Source: Callorhinchus milii (Eukaryota). Taken from it: DNA of 64,000 nt. The stretch covers positions 58,654,001 through 58,718,000 of the forward strand of contig NW_024704742.1 of NCBI RefSeq assembly GCF_018977255.1. Reading direction: 5' to 3'. Of this stretch, positions 12,295 to 25,236 are shown one piece after another (positions within the stretch are counted from its first letter, which is position 1; each line of letters starts with the position of its first letter). The notes beneath the pieces were generated by a model. The model was not told the origin of the DNA. It ran no database searches and saw only the letters and a program-made list of their open reading frames with translations. The position numbers and the translations under genes are program-made.

Positions 12295-12475
12295 ACAACA
12301 ACTATTTGCCTTTATATAACATCCTTCGCACAGGACAGTGTCTTAGAGCGCTACACAGTGGCCAAACATAGGAGAAGGGGGAGAGGGAGATTACCATAGG
12401 CACAGTTGAAGAGTTAGGGCGTCAAGTGAGATTTAAAGATTGATAAAGAGGAGGTAAAGTGGAGAGATTGAGGCA
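12295..12475 (-). mobile_element. L2 3' end, old
   Basis: CAACAACA tail, decayed stem-loop, purine-rich antisense 3' UTR. Confidence 0.65.
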
Positions 12476-14319
12476 ACAGAATATTATCTTTTTCTCTATA
12501 TCAGCACAGCGTACTGTTACAATATATGGTACTGAGTTTCTTCTGATCACCACCTGGTCTTAGCTTTTAATATTAAATGGGTTGGTCAGTACTCCTCCCA
12601 TCCTATCACACAAAGGAAAAAAGATGCAAGTCACGACAAAGTACATCTGCAGAATTCTGGAAAGAAATGCACCTCACACGAAGACACACGTTCATAAATC
12701 CACTATTGAGAGGAACACCCACAGACCATTGAAACTAACATATAGAATACCAACAAACCACAAAATGACTGGGTGGAATAACTGTCACGTAACTAAGCTC
12801 AATACTCAAAAAGCACAATCAATGAAGGCAAAAAGTATTTCATAAAAAACAATATATAAAGTGATTACTTACCTCTGCCATTCCCTGGCACATCCAGACA
12901 CCCATTATTGAAGGGTGAAAATACTTGGTAGTACACCAAATGGCACTGTACATTTTTACGGGCACATTTGGGTTCGCGTTGAAAATATGGCATAATTTTA
13001 GCGTTAGACAGGCTTGCCTAATTTAATTTGGATGTGTTCCAAGCACATCCAAATCAAATTCCAATCATTCCAAAAATAAGTGGAATGGACCTACTTGAGA
13101 GAACAGGCTGGTTCAGCACTTTCATTAAGAGTTTGTGCTCACCCCAATTACCCATTCCTGTTCAGTCAAGTCAAATGTGCCTCTCGCTAGTACGATCAAT
13201 AACTTGAGAGCATCTTTGCACTGCGCTGCTCAGATATCCACAATGCCTAGAGCAACTGCAAAACAATGGAATCTGCAAATGATCAGGATTCTCCATTTCA
13301 ATGGAAAGCATACACTACACAAGAAATGAACCTCTGCTCCGTAGCAATGACGTTTTTGATAGGGGAAATGAACGGGTCAATGTAGTTTGCTAATCACCAG
13401 TGTCTTAACAATTTCAGTGTTGTACATCTTCTGAGTGCTGGGAAATGTTAAAGGCTGTAGAGCATGCTGTAAAACATTCACAGTACCCCTGAGGAGTAAT
13501 GACATAAAGCAGATCAGATTGCACTGCAATATTTGCTTGTGACTAGGGACATGAATAGGCAGGTATGTATGTTCTCAACCACGAAGCAAGTCTAACAGTA
13601 GTGTCCGTGGCTCAAAGTTCCTAGGATAGTATTAAAACTTATATTACAATGGATATCTATGTGTAAAGGTATTATGGTGTGTGCTGAGTACAAACAATGG
13701 TTCAGTGCAGTGGTTTGGTAGTGCTGGTTAACCCTTTTGATGCATCTATCAACCAACACAGCTTTGAACAAAAAGCCAGAAATAACTTGCAGTTCAGCAT
13801 TACAAGATTTACATGAAATGTGTGTGGCATGTGGGAGAAGGAGGGGGGCAGTGAGGCTTGTGTCTAATTTCGATTTTTTACTGATTCAACCTAATAAGCA
13901 GCGATTTATTTGGAAAATCTGTTCTTTCCTTGGCTCTAGGTAAGTCCCATTGTTAAAATACAGATGTTTCTGCGAGTATGTAAAAGCAAGCTTGAAAAGG
14001 GTTCAGAGAGGTTGCAGTTACTTTCAAAAACGATGGGAAAAAAATTAGACTGAAATAAACCACAGCTGCCACTTAGAGCCACAAGGCTAGCTCTTCAGTA
14101 GACTAACAATATTGTTCTCCCTTCTACTTTAAATCCATTGAGGATTCATGATAGTTGTGACAATTTTTTTTAGTATGTAAAATTTTAAAGAGCAGGCACT
14201 TGCTTACATTGGAGTCATTTTATATTTAAAGCTGCACAACTCTTGCAAACTGTTCCCCAAATGATCCAGTATCCCATTTGAAATGAGACTTTTAAAGCAG
14301 ATACCTCACGGGAAGCTCT

Positions 14320-14506
14320 GTTTTCCTCTCTGTTAAGATCAACTTAAGTCACTTCTTTTTAATCCCGCTTTGGGCCACTTTTACGGTCCCACATTCTTCA
14401 ACTCACCCATCCTTCATTAACTCCCCCCAAGCCCATTCAGCTCTGAGATGTGCTTTGAGACATCCTCCCGCCATGAAAGGTGCTATATAAATGTAAAGTT
14501 GTCGTT
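14320..14506 (+). mobile_element. L2 3' end, old
   Basis: GCTTTGAGACATCCTCCCGCCATGAAAGGTGCTATATAAATGTAAAGTTGTCGTT. Confidence 0.7.
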
Positions 14507-15959
14507 ACCAACACAGCCCGTAAGCACCAATTTTTCCACTTTCTTTCATGCCCCTGAATCAGTTAAACCTGATTATGCCAGGTTTATTTTGCAGGATGAT
14601 CCTGAACTGGTTCAAATTGTGGTGTGAACAAACCCCAGATAACTTATTCAAATAGCAAAATTCACCTGCGTGAAAGCTTTTCAGTACAGCTTTGTCCTGT
14701 TTCTCTAGCAAAACACAGCCTAAATACTAAATGTCAATACCTTTGGAGACAAAGGCTCAATGATGAAAATAATATAGGGTACATTCCCTGTGACAAACCA
14801 AGAGAGTTGTCCCAACACAGCGCTCTTTCAATTTCATCACGTTCCTTGCAAGATGTGTGTGTATTATGAATGCACACACATCCATATCAAAATATGCATA
14901 ATTTTAAACCGCAATACTACAATGCCATGCATAGTTCATTGCATTGAATTTGGATTCGCCTACAACTACATAGTTGCTACACCATAGAGCAAATCCCAAG
15001 AGGTGCTTTGAGACGTTGAGTACACGATAAACTGCTGTATGAAATGTACAGATATTATTATTATCATCATTATAAAGGTGGCGAGAACTAAAAATAATCT
15101 TGCAGTATCTACATTAGCCTCTGCTGAGAATCTGCCGCACAATAGGACAGTATCAAATTGCTGACCCGATCCATGTGGTACTGACTGGGGATCTGAACTG
15201 TGAGTGTTAGTGCTTCCAAGAGCTAAGGATTCTCACTGTGCAGCAAAAGCAGAGCAATAGCTGCACTGTTATCCAAATGCTCATTACTGGTTGCACTGTA
15301 CAGCAGGCCTTCAAGGGTTAACAAGTCCATGGAAAACAATGCGTCTTCTTGAAGCCACCAACGTCATTAAACCTCAGATAGTTATTCCAATTATTATTCA
15401 AAAAGAATGTTCAAAACCAGGAGCATGAATTAAATAACTAAACAACAAACACTGTGGCTTTAAAATCAACCCACAGAAGTGTTCGGTTCTGTAAAAAAAT
15501 AAAGTTCAAGGTTTACAGCTGTACTTTTTATTATTCTCACTCAAATATCAAACAGAAAAAGGTGGGTCCTGGCATAGATTGCTGCTACATTATTCATACT
15601 CCTGTAATTATTGTGACATGCAGAATGAGAAGGCACAATTAGCACAGGTCTTATTTCAAATATAATTAGTGTCTATAACAAAGCAACAATGCACGAATGT
15701 GAAGGGTTCAGAGGAGCATGAATGTACAGTTCTTTTACATGACAAGTTAAACGCATTGACACTTCATCACCTAGAGAATGGATGAAAAGAGATAATGTTT
15801 AAGGTTGGGAATCCGATAACCTGACATCGCATCAAATAGCCACCAAACTATTTTATGCAAGGAACAAATATGACGCAAAGATCCTTTTGATTCTGAAAAT
15901 CATAACTGCGCACAAACACAATCTGCTCCTGCCTCGATCTGATTATTTTCTATAATTAC

Positions 15960-16660
15960 CTGAGAATTTACTGGCTGGGGTTTTAGCTCCTGAAATCATG
16001 CTTTTGTTGCTGAAACGCAGTGGAACAGAAATTCATTGTGTTGCTAGAAGACTCCCACAATGTCGTTGTTCAAACCTGCACTGGCTTGGGAAAGGGAGGA
16101 AGGAGTGGAGGGGTCCTTGAGAGAATATTCCCATTATCTGCTTCTTCTGCTTAAAAGTAAAATATAGGGAAAGCAGAAAGCTGAAGGATGTCAAAGTCGA
16201 CTGCAAGCTGAGATATTCTGCTACCAAGAGACTTGCCACTGCAGTGTTCTACGGGCTGAAACACGTGATACATCCACTGTGTGTAAAGCTATTAACTTTC
16301 AAGTTTTGCTTTACCAGATTTTTTTTCTCCTCCTTCCTTCCTCCCTTGCTCAACCTGACAAAAGCGCAAGCCACTCGTATTTCCCTATTGATCCCGCTCG
16401 CGATGCTCCAGATGTTTCTGACTCCACGTTACAACTTCTCCCGGCACTACACACACACTCAGATGAGCGACGCAAACTGTCAATTCAGCTGCTTTCATTC
16501 AAGGATGCAACCCCGCTGTGCTATCAGGAGACCTCACAAATAATTAACTCTGCCTTCAGCCTGCTTCAGCCAAGCCACGATGGTACCAGCAGTTCTTCAT
16601 TTAAATTTACAGAGACAATACCGCCCGTTTCTATCGCCCCATCCAATTTCCTACAATTGA
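15960..16660 (-). promoter_or_regulatory. Candidate promoter plus first exon of an unidentified minus-strand gene
   Basis: Minus strand reads ATTGG, GGGGCG, GGGCGG, TAAATTTAAA, then a CpG-retaining, purine-rich leader, ATG at 15999 (MISGAKTPASKFS) and donor CAG|GTAATT at 15960/15959. Confidence 0.4.
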
Positions 16661-17769
16661 AGATTAGAGCCATTGAAATAATCTAAAAGGCGGCTCAATG
16701 TGCCGGCATCTATCTTTAGAGAAACACTAACTACAGCTTTCATTTCTCAAGTGGCGCTCTGTGCCTCTTTTATGATGCTTGAACCAGTGTTGATGTGATC
16801 TTCCTTGTATTAATATTTCAAACGTTTCATTTCGCCAGGGCCATTAGGAATATACAGTAATTGCAGCTTAAATATAAATTTCATGTGCTGTAAGCATTTT
16901 TTCAAAAAAAATTCCAATAATTGTATTTGTCTTCCACTTGCTTGTGGCGTGATTTAAAGAGGGACAGACCATTGTGGGCAACACTGTAAAAGCTTCCAGT
17001 TTGAAGCCTTTAACCCTCTGAGTGCTGAATTTTTCTGGTCATTTCCTTTTCTGCCACACCAATTATGCTTTCTCAATTTTCTCCCCTCTACTGAAGACAT
17101 TGGTCTGCTTTTCCATCCATTAGGGAACCGTTCAATAGGTGCTAGGCGCCCTCTACTACCATGCCCATTATTCTTGAATGAGCCTAGACATTGACTGCTG
17201 TCAAGTAATTCAACTGCAGTTGAGAGTGAGCGGAAGAGATGAGAAGCATTGTAGTATGTCCAGTTTTCAGTCTTCACTCAATTTTCATACAAACACTCCT
17301 CTCCCGTCAAAGGAATGGGTAAGGGGCAAGGGTGGTAGTGTCTCTAAATAATGAATGAGAGAGGAACTCTGGCTAGTGTACCCTCCCTAGTATAATAATA
17401 ATACTTGCATTTGGCATAGCGCCTTGACACGTCAGAAGAACATCTCAAAGCGCTTCACAGGAATTACTGTGAAATGGAATGACTGTGTATTTGTGCTCAT
17501 TTAAAAAAAATTGTTAGGATCAAAATTGAGATATTATAATGTGTCCATTAGGACAGCTTTGAACACACAATTGCCACATAAAGATCTTTGTCTGATGCGT
17601 TTTCATTGATGTTTAGCCTTTCTGCGCACATAGAAGTTTTACAGCGTCCCCTCAACCTTGTCTCAGGACACTCAGAATATCAATAGGAGTTTGATAGGAG
17701 TCAGGAACAAGAGAGCATAATTTCACTACTATGATTGAAGAGGAGGGGGGGAGTCAGGAGCAGGTTGGA

Positions 17770-18090
17770 TGAATTTATTCTTCATAGAGGTTGGTTAGAA
17801 TATGGAATACTTCACTACAAATGGCTGTCGAGACTGAGTCCAATTAAACAGCAATTAAAAGAGAATTGGGCAAATACTTGAGGCAATATAATGTTAAATG
17901 GTATGGGAAAAGAGCAAGGGAATAGAATTAGATTAGATAGCTCCAGCGGGAGCGGGATGGAGAAGGAGGGAGGAGGGAGTGTGGGGGGGGAAGAGGGGGT
18001 GTGGGGGGGAGGAGTGGGGGGAGGGGTTGGAGCGAATGCCATAACAGACTTGATGGGCAGAATGGCCTCCTTTTCTCTGCTGTAAACCTT
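17770..18090 (+). mobile_element. CR1 LINE 3' end interrupted by a G-rich tract
   Basis: GTTAGAATATGGAAT.., GATAGCTCC, GACTTGATGGGCAGAATGGCCTCCTT..GCTGTAA, as typical of CR1 3' UTRs. Confidence 0.75.
17947..18030 (+). repeat. G-rich low-complexity tract (G-quadruplex-compatible)
   Basis: More than four runs of GGG or longer with short spacers. Confidence 0.85.
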
Positions 18091-18394
18091 CACTGATACT
18101 ATGATATTCTGAAATGAGCATCAGCAAAATGTAAGTGGTGCAGAAACATTAGGGATGATTTTCCTCTGCCGGTAACTATGAATTACACCTCCTGATCCAA
18201 AACAAAATACCGTCTCAGTGCACCCACAACTGTGTGATGCATACTAATTTTTTTAGTCAGCACTGACCACTTCAAGACCACAGACATTTACAGCTCAGAA
18301 GGAGCCATTCAGCCCAATGTCCATGTACTTGCCCTCTGAAAGTCCCAACCTCCTGTCTTTTTCCCATATTCTTGGAACACTTGCCTATCAATCG

Positions 18395-18586
18395 AGAGGA
18401 CCAAGATTTGATTCTCAGGCAAAACCTTAGACAAGTTTCCCACATGTCTCTGTTAACCATATAGTAAGTAGGAACACGGTTGTTAGTCGATTGGCGGATC
18501 ACTTTCCAGAGGTAATAATCGCTTCCAATAAAGAAAGAAATGATTTGGTCGCTCAATCCACAACTGTTTGTGGAACATTGCTGTGT
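18395..18586 (+). mobile_element. Intermediate-subfamily SINE, partial
   Basis: TCTCTGTTAACC..GGTTGTTAGTCGATTGGCGGATCACTTTCCAGAGGTAATAATC. Confidence 0.8.
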
Positions 18587-19357
18587 TCATCCACTCCTTT
18601 CTAAAGCTTTATCAATTACCTTTTGTGCATCTTGGGGTGTTAGCCAGTTTGTCAACATGCCAATTGGAGGTATCAATACATGAGAGCTTGATATATATAT
18701 CAATAGGAATATTTTAATATGCAAGATACTAAATGAGAAATTTTGAGAAAATACACCCAGCACGTTGCTTTCAGATACAATAAGGTAGCAGGACAGGAGG
18801 GCATGGGTTTAGATTTGTGAAGGGCAATTTCAGGGCTGACAACAAAAAATGTCTTTATATAGAGAATGATTAACAACTGGAATGAAATTACCAAGCAGGG
18901 TAGTGAGCCTAGGAGAGGCATGATGCTGTCGTGGAAGACAGTCGATTGGGTATTCAAGAAGGATAATAATAATCCTTGCATTTGATACAGCGCCTTATCA
19001 CGTATTCAAGACATCTCAAAGCAATTCACAGAATATACTGTAAAATGAATTGACTGTATATTTAAATTATCACAGAGCCTTCTTCGTATGACCCTCTTGC
19101 GATCTTTTGAATGTGCCAACTCCAAAAAAGGACACCAGAACCAGCAATGTACAATACTGCCTTTAACCAGCTCCCTGCTGAGGGTTTCAGAAGAGAATGC
19201 AGACCATTCAGGCACAGTTGTTCCCTTTGATGCCAGGCATTTTAGCAAACTGGATCAGTCTATAACTTGCATGTGGATCCATGTTGGTCATCAGCAGTTA
19301 TGGGTCTGGAATGACCCCGAGCCACTTGTATGTGTGTGAATATTGCTAGGTCACTAG

Positions 19358-19575
19358 CAACAACAACTTGCATTTATATAGCGCCCTTCATGCCGGGTAG
19401 CGTCCCGGAGCGCTTTACATTGGCTGAGTCTGACCCTGAGCCAGGGGAGAAGGGAGGGGGGAGGTGAATGTAAGCATGATCAAAAAGGAATGTTTTTTGG
19501 AGGGATTTAAAGTGGAAACAGAGGGGGCAATGTGGAAGAATTGGGGGACCGAGTTTCAGAGCTTCGGGGCATGGA
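19358..19575 (-). mobile_element. L2 3' end (same tail type as 7998-9465)
   Basis: CAACAACAACTTGCATTTATATAGCGCCCTTCATGCCGG..GAGCGCTTTACA. Confidence 0.8.
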
Positions 19576-20765
19576 ACGTCAATAGATCAAACAGTCACTA
19601 GATCCGTATCTGGGAGCTGGGGCTGGTAAGTAACACTGTGATCAAAGGACATCACTGCCAGTATTGTTTATTTGTTGCAGTTTGGCAAATTATCAAAATA
19701 ATAATAAACCTAATGTTTTGATGAAACTTCTTTCAAAGCGCTTCACAGGATTTACTGTAAAGTGTAGCGATTTATGTATTTTGTAGGCGAATGCAGACAG
19801 TCAATGCCACAAATAGCATGACAAATGTGGAATAGGAACCCTCTGCTGTAAATCTTGTAAAAGGTGAGATTGGAATGAACACGTAAGTATCCACTCAGAA
19901 GCTAAAAGAACATGTTAGAGGAGTTAACATGATGGATGTGGACAGATTTCAATTTCTCTTCCTTTATCGGGTATTCACTCGTATCTTGGATATATTTGAA
20001 AATTTACTTATTCCTTCATGTTGCTTGCCAATACCATTTACAAATATTCTTAAAGAGGCCAATGAAATTCTTCCAGAAAACACAGTCACTGCACTTTACA
20101 GTATACCTTGTGAAATAATTTAGGACGTCCTCCTTACATGAAAGATGCCATACCAAATGCACGGTTTATTATTGTTGTTAAATCTAACATGAATATATTT
20201 TTTTCAAAGCACTCCCATTAGAAAATCTGAAGGAAAGAAAAATAAGATTTAAGCAAACTGCTGTAAATGCAAGTTGTCGCTAACTGGATATTCCTAGGGC
20301 TGGACAGCTCAGGTTTTGGTTTCGAATAGGTTCAAAGATTCTGGACTCCAATCAACTGGATGGAGCCTCTGGTCTCTCCAGTACATTACTGGATTGACCT
20401 AGTACATGGGGCGGGTCCTAGGTACTGTATAAGGTAATAATAATCCTTACATTTGATACATCAGAATTAATGTTGTTGTAATATCTCATAACCTTCACAG
20501 GATTGTACTGTAAAGTGTAGTGATTGTATTTTGTAGGCAAACATAGCCTCCAATTGGCGCACGCCAATGTCCTACAAACAGCCATGAAGTGAATGGCCGA
20601 TGTCAATGTATAAAGCTGTGTAATTCGTAAGCAAAGACATTTCAGTATTTCAGTAGGTATGTGGGTTCAAGTCCCACATTGTGTAGGGCTGACACAGCAA
20701 TGCAATGCTGAGGACCCACTACATTGTTGGGATTGCCATCCTTCGGATGAGACGTTAAACCAAGG

Positions 20766-21085
20766 CCTGTAGCTCAGTGGTTAGAGCACTCGCTTTGCAA
20801 GTGAGAGACCTGAGTTCAATTCCAGGCAGGGCGAAACCTTGGGCAAGTTTCCTTACTCCACACGCCTAATAATAATCCCTCCAAAACAAAAAAACAATAA
20901 TAAATTGGTCATTTTCAATCTACGACTGTTTGTGGGACATTGCTGTGCGCAATTGGCTGCCGCGTTCGCCCACAAATATACAGTCAATTCACTTTACAGT
21001 GTGTTCTGTGAAGCGCTTTGGGACGTCCTTCTGACGTGAAAAGCGCTATATCAAATGCAAGGATTGTTGTTGCTGTTGTTGTTGT
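20766..21085 (+). mobile_element. Young tRNA(Ala)-headed SINE nested in an old SINE
   Basis: GTAGCTCAGTGGTTAGAGCACTCGCTTTGCAAG head, Deu segment, L2-like tail; near-identical to the copies at 41972 and 55912; old SINE on both sides (20660-20765, 21086-21283). Confidence 0.95.
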
Positions 21086-24000
21086 GTCTTTTCAGAAAGA
21101 TGTTAAAGATTTACAGATTCCCTTTCCGCATTCTTCATGGCTGGTTGTGGGGCATTGCTGTGCATAAATTGGCTGCGTATTTGCCTACAAAATGCAGTAC
21201 ACTTTACAGTGAATCCTGTGAACTGCTTGGAGATGCCTACCTAACCTCAAGGACACTGTATCAAATGTAAGGATTATTATTATAACAAGGCTGCTTGAAG
21301 TATTACACTCAGCTGGTCTGTTGTGCCACCTTCTTACCACAAAAGATAGAAAAAGCTAATGAACCCAATGTTAGAATCGGGACCGGCAGTCAGAGGTCAG
21401 TGGGCAGAGCTGGATGCAGGCACACTTAAACGCATGCATGAGCACTGCTTTTCCTGATGGAAGAGTGGTGCAAATGTAACCACAGCTGTCCACTTGTATT
21501 GCTCACAGAAATGCTTGATGTAGCAAACTGGGGAATTGCACCGCTTTCTTTTTAAATGAATTCTGTCGAATCTATCAGCAAACCAAGATCAAGTCATGTA
21601 AACATTTTGCACAGACACCAGCTATCAATCTATTAGCACACTTTTTAAAATCCTGAAAGCTAATTGATCCCATATTAGAACCCAGTGGCAATCCGAAACA
21701 AAATTCCTGACTCTAGAAAATCAAATGCTCTTCTCGGTTATTTCCATCTCTTTATACTGTCACAAGTTGAATATGTAACACCAAAAGCAAAGGGGATCCT
21801 CATCCAACGAGATCATTTGAGCAGGGAGAGCGTAATATGCGAGTCTGTAAAATTTGACTTTAAATCCTTGAGTGCTTAACATTAATAAGTGATCAATTAG
21901 TTGTTGGAATGCAAAACAGTTGCCAGTAGGAATAGCTGGAGAATTCATATTTAAGATTTCTTGATTTCAGAATTAAATAGCAATGCAATGTGCCACACAG
22001 GTTAATGCAATGCTGGCGGCATTTTCTCCAGCTGTAAGTAAACAGTTTCTACGGCTGAGAGTTGGTTGAAAAACTACAGCTGAATTAGCCTGATAGCTGC
22101 ATTGTTAGGTTTCATGCTGTTGACTTGGGAAAGCCAATGATTCCAGTTATAAATGTCATTCCCAGTCAGGTTTTCCACAGTGTCAGGGGGAATGGCTTGG
22201 GGAACAGAAGGAAGGAGAGAGGATACAAACTTTCTTTTCTAGTTTTGTGCCTCTAGGTAAAATTATTAATGGTATCCACAGAGATGTCAACCTATTATGC
22301 ATGTCAGAGGTAGACTGATCAATCCTGTAGACATGCATTGGGTCTGGAGTTATAACAAGAGAAAATTTTGTGTGGGGCGGGGGCAAAGAGAGGGAAATGG
22401 AAAGATCAAGAAGAAAAAGAGAGTAAAAAGCTATTCGATATGTCTCAGGATTCAATCAACATTAGCCCTTTGAGAATTATTAGTGTGCCTGCAGCAAATT
22501 CAAATGTAAATCAGACTTCAGTCTATAGTAAGAACTATTTTTTGACAAGAATTTTTCTTGGATCAGGATTTTGTTGAATGCCACTTGGCAAATCTTCATA
22601 CCAGAAGTCACTGAATCGATTGGTCAGCAACTCAATTTGAACACAAACAAGAGCAAATACTCCAATAAAAGAAAAGATTCTTTGAAATGAAAGTGATCCT
22701 AAAATTATCTGAGTGAAATATCGAAATAAATGAATGTATTCATTGTGCTGGAAATTAAACAGTTATTTTATTCCAGATCAAAAGGGTACAACAAAAGGAC
22801 AGGCATTGGAATTAAAAAATCTGACAGTATGTAATAAACTGGTGGAACAGGTTAGCTAGCCTCCTCCTGTTCCTGTTTCTTTGTTTCCGAGAAGGCAGCA
22901 CAAAACTAAACTTAATATGCAAAATCTCCACCTGACCATTAAGAAACTGGTAATTGATGGGCAGCACTAGATGTTGGCCACATCCACTGTGGCTTACATG
23001 TGGTTGAGAGGTCTAAGTTTATACACCCACCTACTGCAACTTAGCTCAAATATTTCTTGAAGGGGTGATGCAGCATTTTCTTATGTTCCTTAAGTCTCCC
23101 TGAGCTTCATACTATCTGCTGACAAAAAAGTGGGTGTATGATTGCCTCCTACATCCAGCCTGCAATGATTGGAAGCTGATCACTAGGAGGTGCACAAGTT
23201 TACTCTCCTTCAATTCTCCATTTTCTTCCTATGTGAAAGCTCCTATTGCTTAACCACAGCAACAGTGACATTGGGTACTCTGCACATGAAGAACTCTAAG
23301 CAGAAATCCTCTTGGTTACACAGTAGAACTGAATTGCAAGTTACCCCCATTTCTGAGACATTCCAAGGCATACAGCCACATTAGATACTGTGCTTGATCT
23401 GGGGCATCAAAAAAGTTAAATAACACTGAAGGTGATGCTTCAATCATATCAAAACTGAATAAAATAATACCCGAGTAAACATTTTTCTGCAAAATATATT
23501 CATTCTTCTAAGAATTGGATTAATTGAGAAATACTTTGTGGAATTGGTGTGTTTCTCAAGCCTTACTTTTGATCAAAGCACAAAACACGAGCTTCTTTCT
23601 GTAGTAGCTATAAGGCAGGGGAAGGACAAAACCTGAAAGCTGCTGAGGACCCACAGCATTATCAAAAAATTCCTTGCTAAGATGTATTGCCGTAACATTT
23701 GCAGAGTCTACATTAAGTGACTGTGGAAACACTGCAATCCAACAGATTAAACTACGCTATTTCATTTGCCGTTCCATTTCATTCATAATGAAGTGTATTT
23801 TAAAAATCTTGTACTCGAAGCCTGCAGATCATTAACTGAAGATGGATACAATAAAAGGGGCACTGACTGACGCCAAGAGCAAGTCTCAGGCCATGCAGGT
23901 CTAGTCTCTAGAGGAGGCCCTGGAACAGTGCCCAAAGTCTTACACACAGATAGCACTTAAAGAGACACAGTAACCCTTCAGCAGGGCTGAGATTGCAATG

Positions 24001-24529
24001 ACCAACACTTAGCAACAGCAACTCAATCACATAGTACACAATACTCAGCTTCATCAACAAGGACTTTTTAAGCAACTCATGATATATTTTCTAAAAGCCA
24101 GAGCAAGCCACGATCGAGCCAGGAGCAGCCATGAAATTATTGATAGTGATACTGATCATGACTCAAAGTAATTCAACATATCTTTATTTCTGTATCTAAT
24201 GTATCCAAGACCTATATACACTCACCCCCCCCCCCTCCCCCACACATACACACCAACACCACCTCATCACACACAATTTTATAGAATCGTACAGCACAGA
24301 AGGAGGCCATTTGGTGTCTGTGCCGGCTCTTTGAAAAAAGCTATCCAAATCAATCCCACTCCGCTGCTCTCTCCCCATAGCCTTGCAAACTTGTCCTCCC
24401 AAAATAATCATCTACTTCTCTCTTAAAAGTTGTTTTCAAATTTCTCCCCTTCCATTGACCTGCAGGTTTACTCTCAACCCATCTCTGCCTTGTTCTCTGG
24501 AACCCTCAAAAATAACTTTCAAAGACTTA

Positions 24530-24743
24530 CAAAGACTGTACAGCACAGAAACAGCCCACTTTGCCCAACCAGTTGTGCTGGTATTTATATTCCACATGAG
24601 TCTCCACCCATTCCTTACTCCCTCCCTTACTCTTCTATTTCTATCTCCCTCATGTGAAGGTCTAGCTTCCCCTTGAATGCATCTACACTATCTGATTTAA
24701 CCAGCGTCTGGTGAAGTAATTCCTCCTAAATTCTTGTTTAGAT
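24530..24743 (-). mobile_element. CR1 3' end (host of a nested CR1; continues 25237-25330)
   Basis: Closely matches 57255-57480 (GTGCTGGTATTTATATTCCACATGAGTCTCCACCCATTCCTTACTCCCTCCC). Confidence 0.85.
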
Positions 24744-25236
24744 GTGGAGAACAAGAAGATACAAAGGAGGGCACCAAATGATTGAGAGATTGGAGGGACT
24801 GGATTATGAGGAACAACTAAGTAAATTGGGCATGTTCACGCTGGAAAAAAGAAGATTGAAAGTTGACATGATTGCTGTCTTTAAGACTCTAAAAGGGCAA
24901 GACAATATAGTTCATAACAGACTGTTTCAACTTGCCCAGAATAGTAAAACCAGGGGACACGGCCTGCGATTGAAGGGGGGTAAATTCAGAACAAATCTAC
25001 GCAAACACTACTTCAGTTAGCAAATAGTGAATCTATGGAATAGGCTCCCTAGGGAGATGGTTGAAGCAGGAAGTGTTGATTCTTTCAAAGATAGATAGTT
25101 TTCTTTTAGGAAATAACATTCTGGGATATAGTACATTGGTAGTTTGGGACATATGTGCATGCAACTGCCAGGAAGGTGGAAGGTGAAGTAGATGGACCTT
25201 GGTCTTTTATCGTCTAGCAATTCTTATGTTCTTATG
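24744..25236 (+). mobile_element. CR1 LINE 3' fragment
   Basis: YEEQLSKLGMFTLEKRRLKVDMI..TRGHGLRL..LWNRLP; ends in (TTCTTATG)2; TSD TAGAT. Confidence 0.93.

Noticed and set aside
16244..16686. Overlapping plus-strand ORFs of 99 and 135 aa
   Set aside because: GTG starts and no homology recognised; better explained as the antisense of a minus-strand leader.
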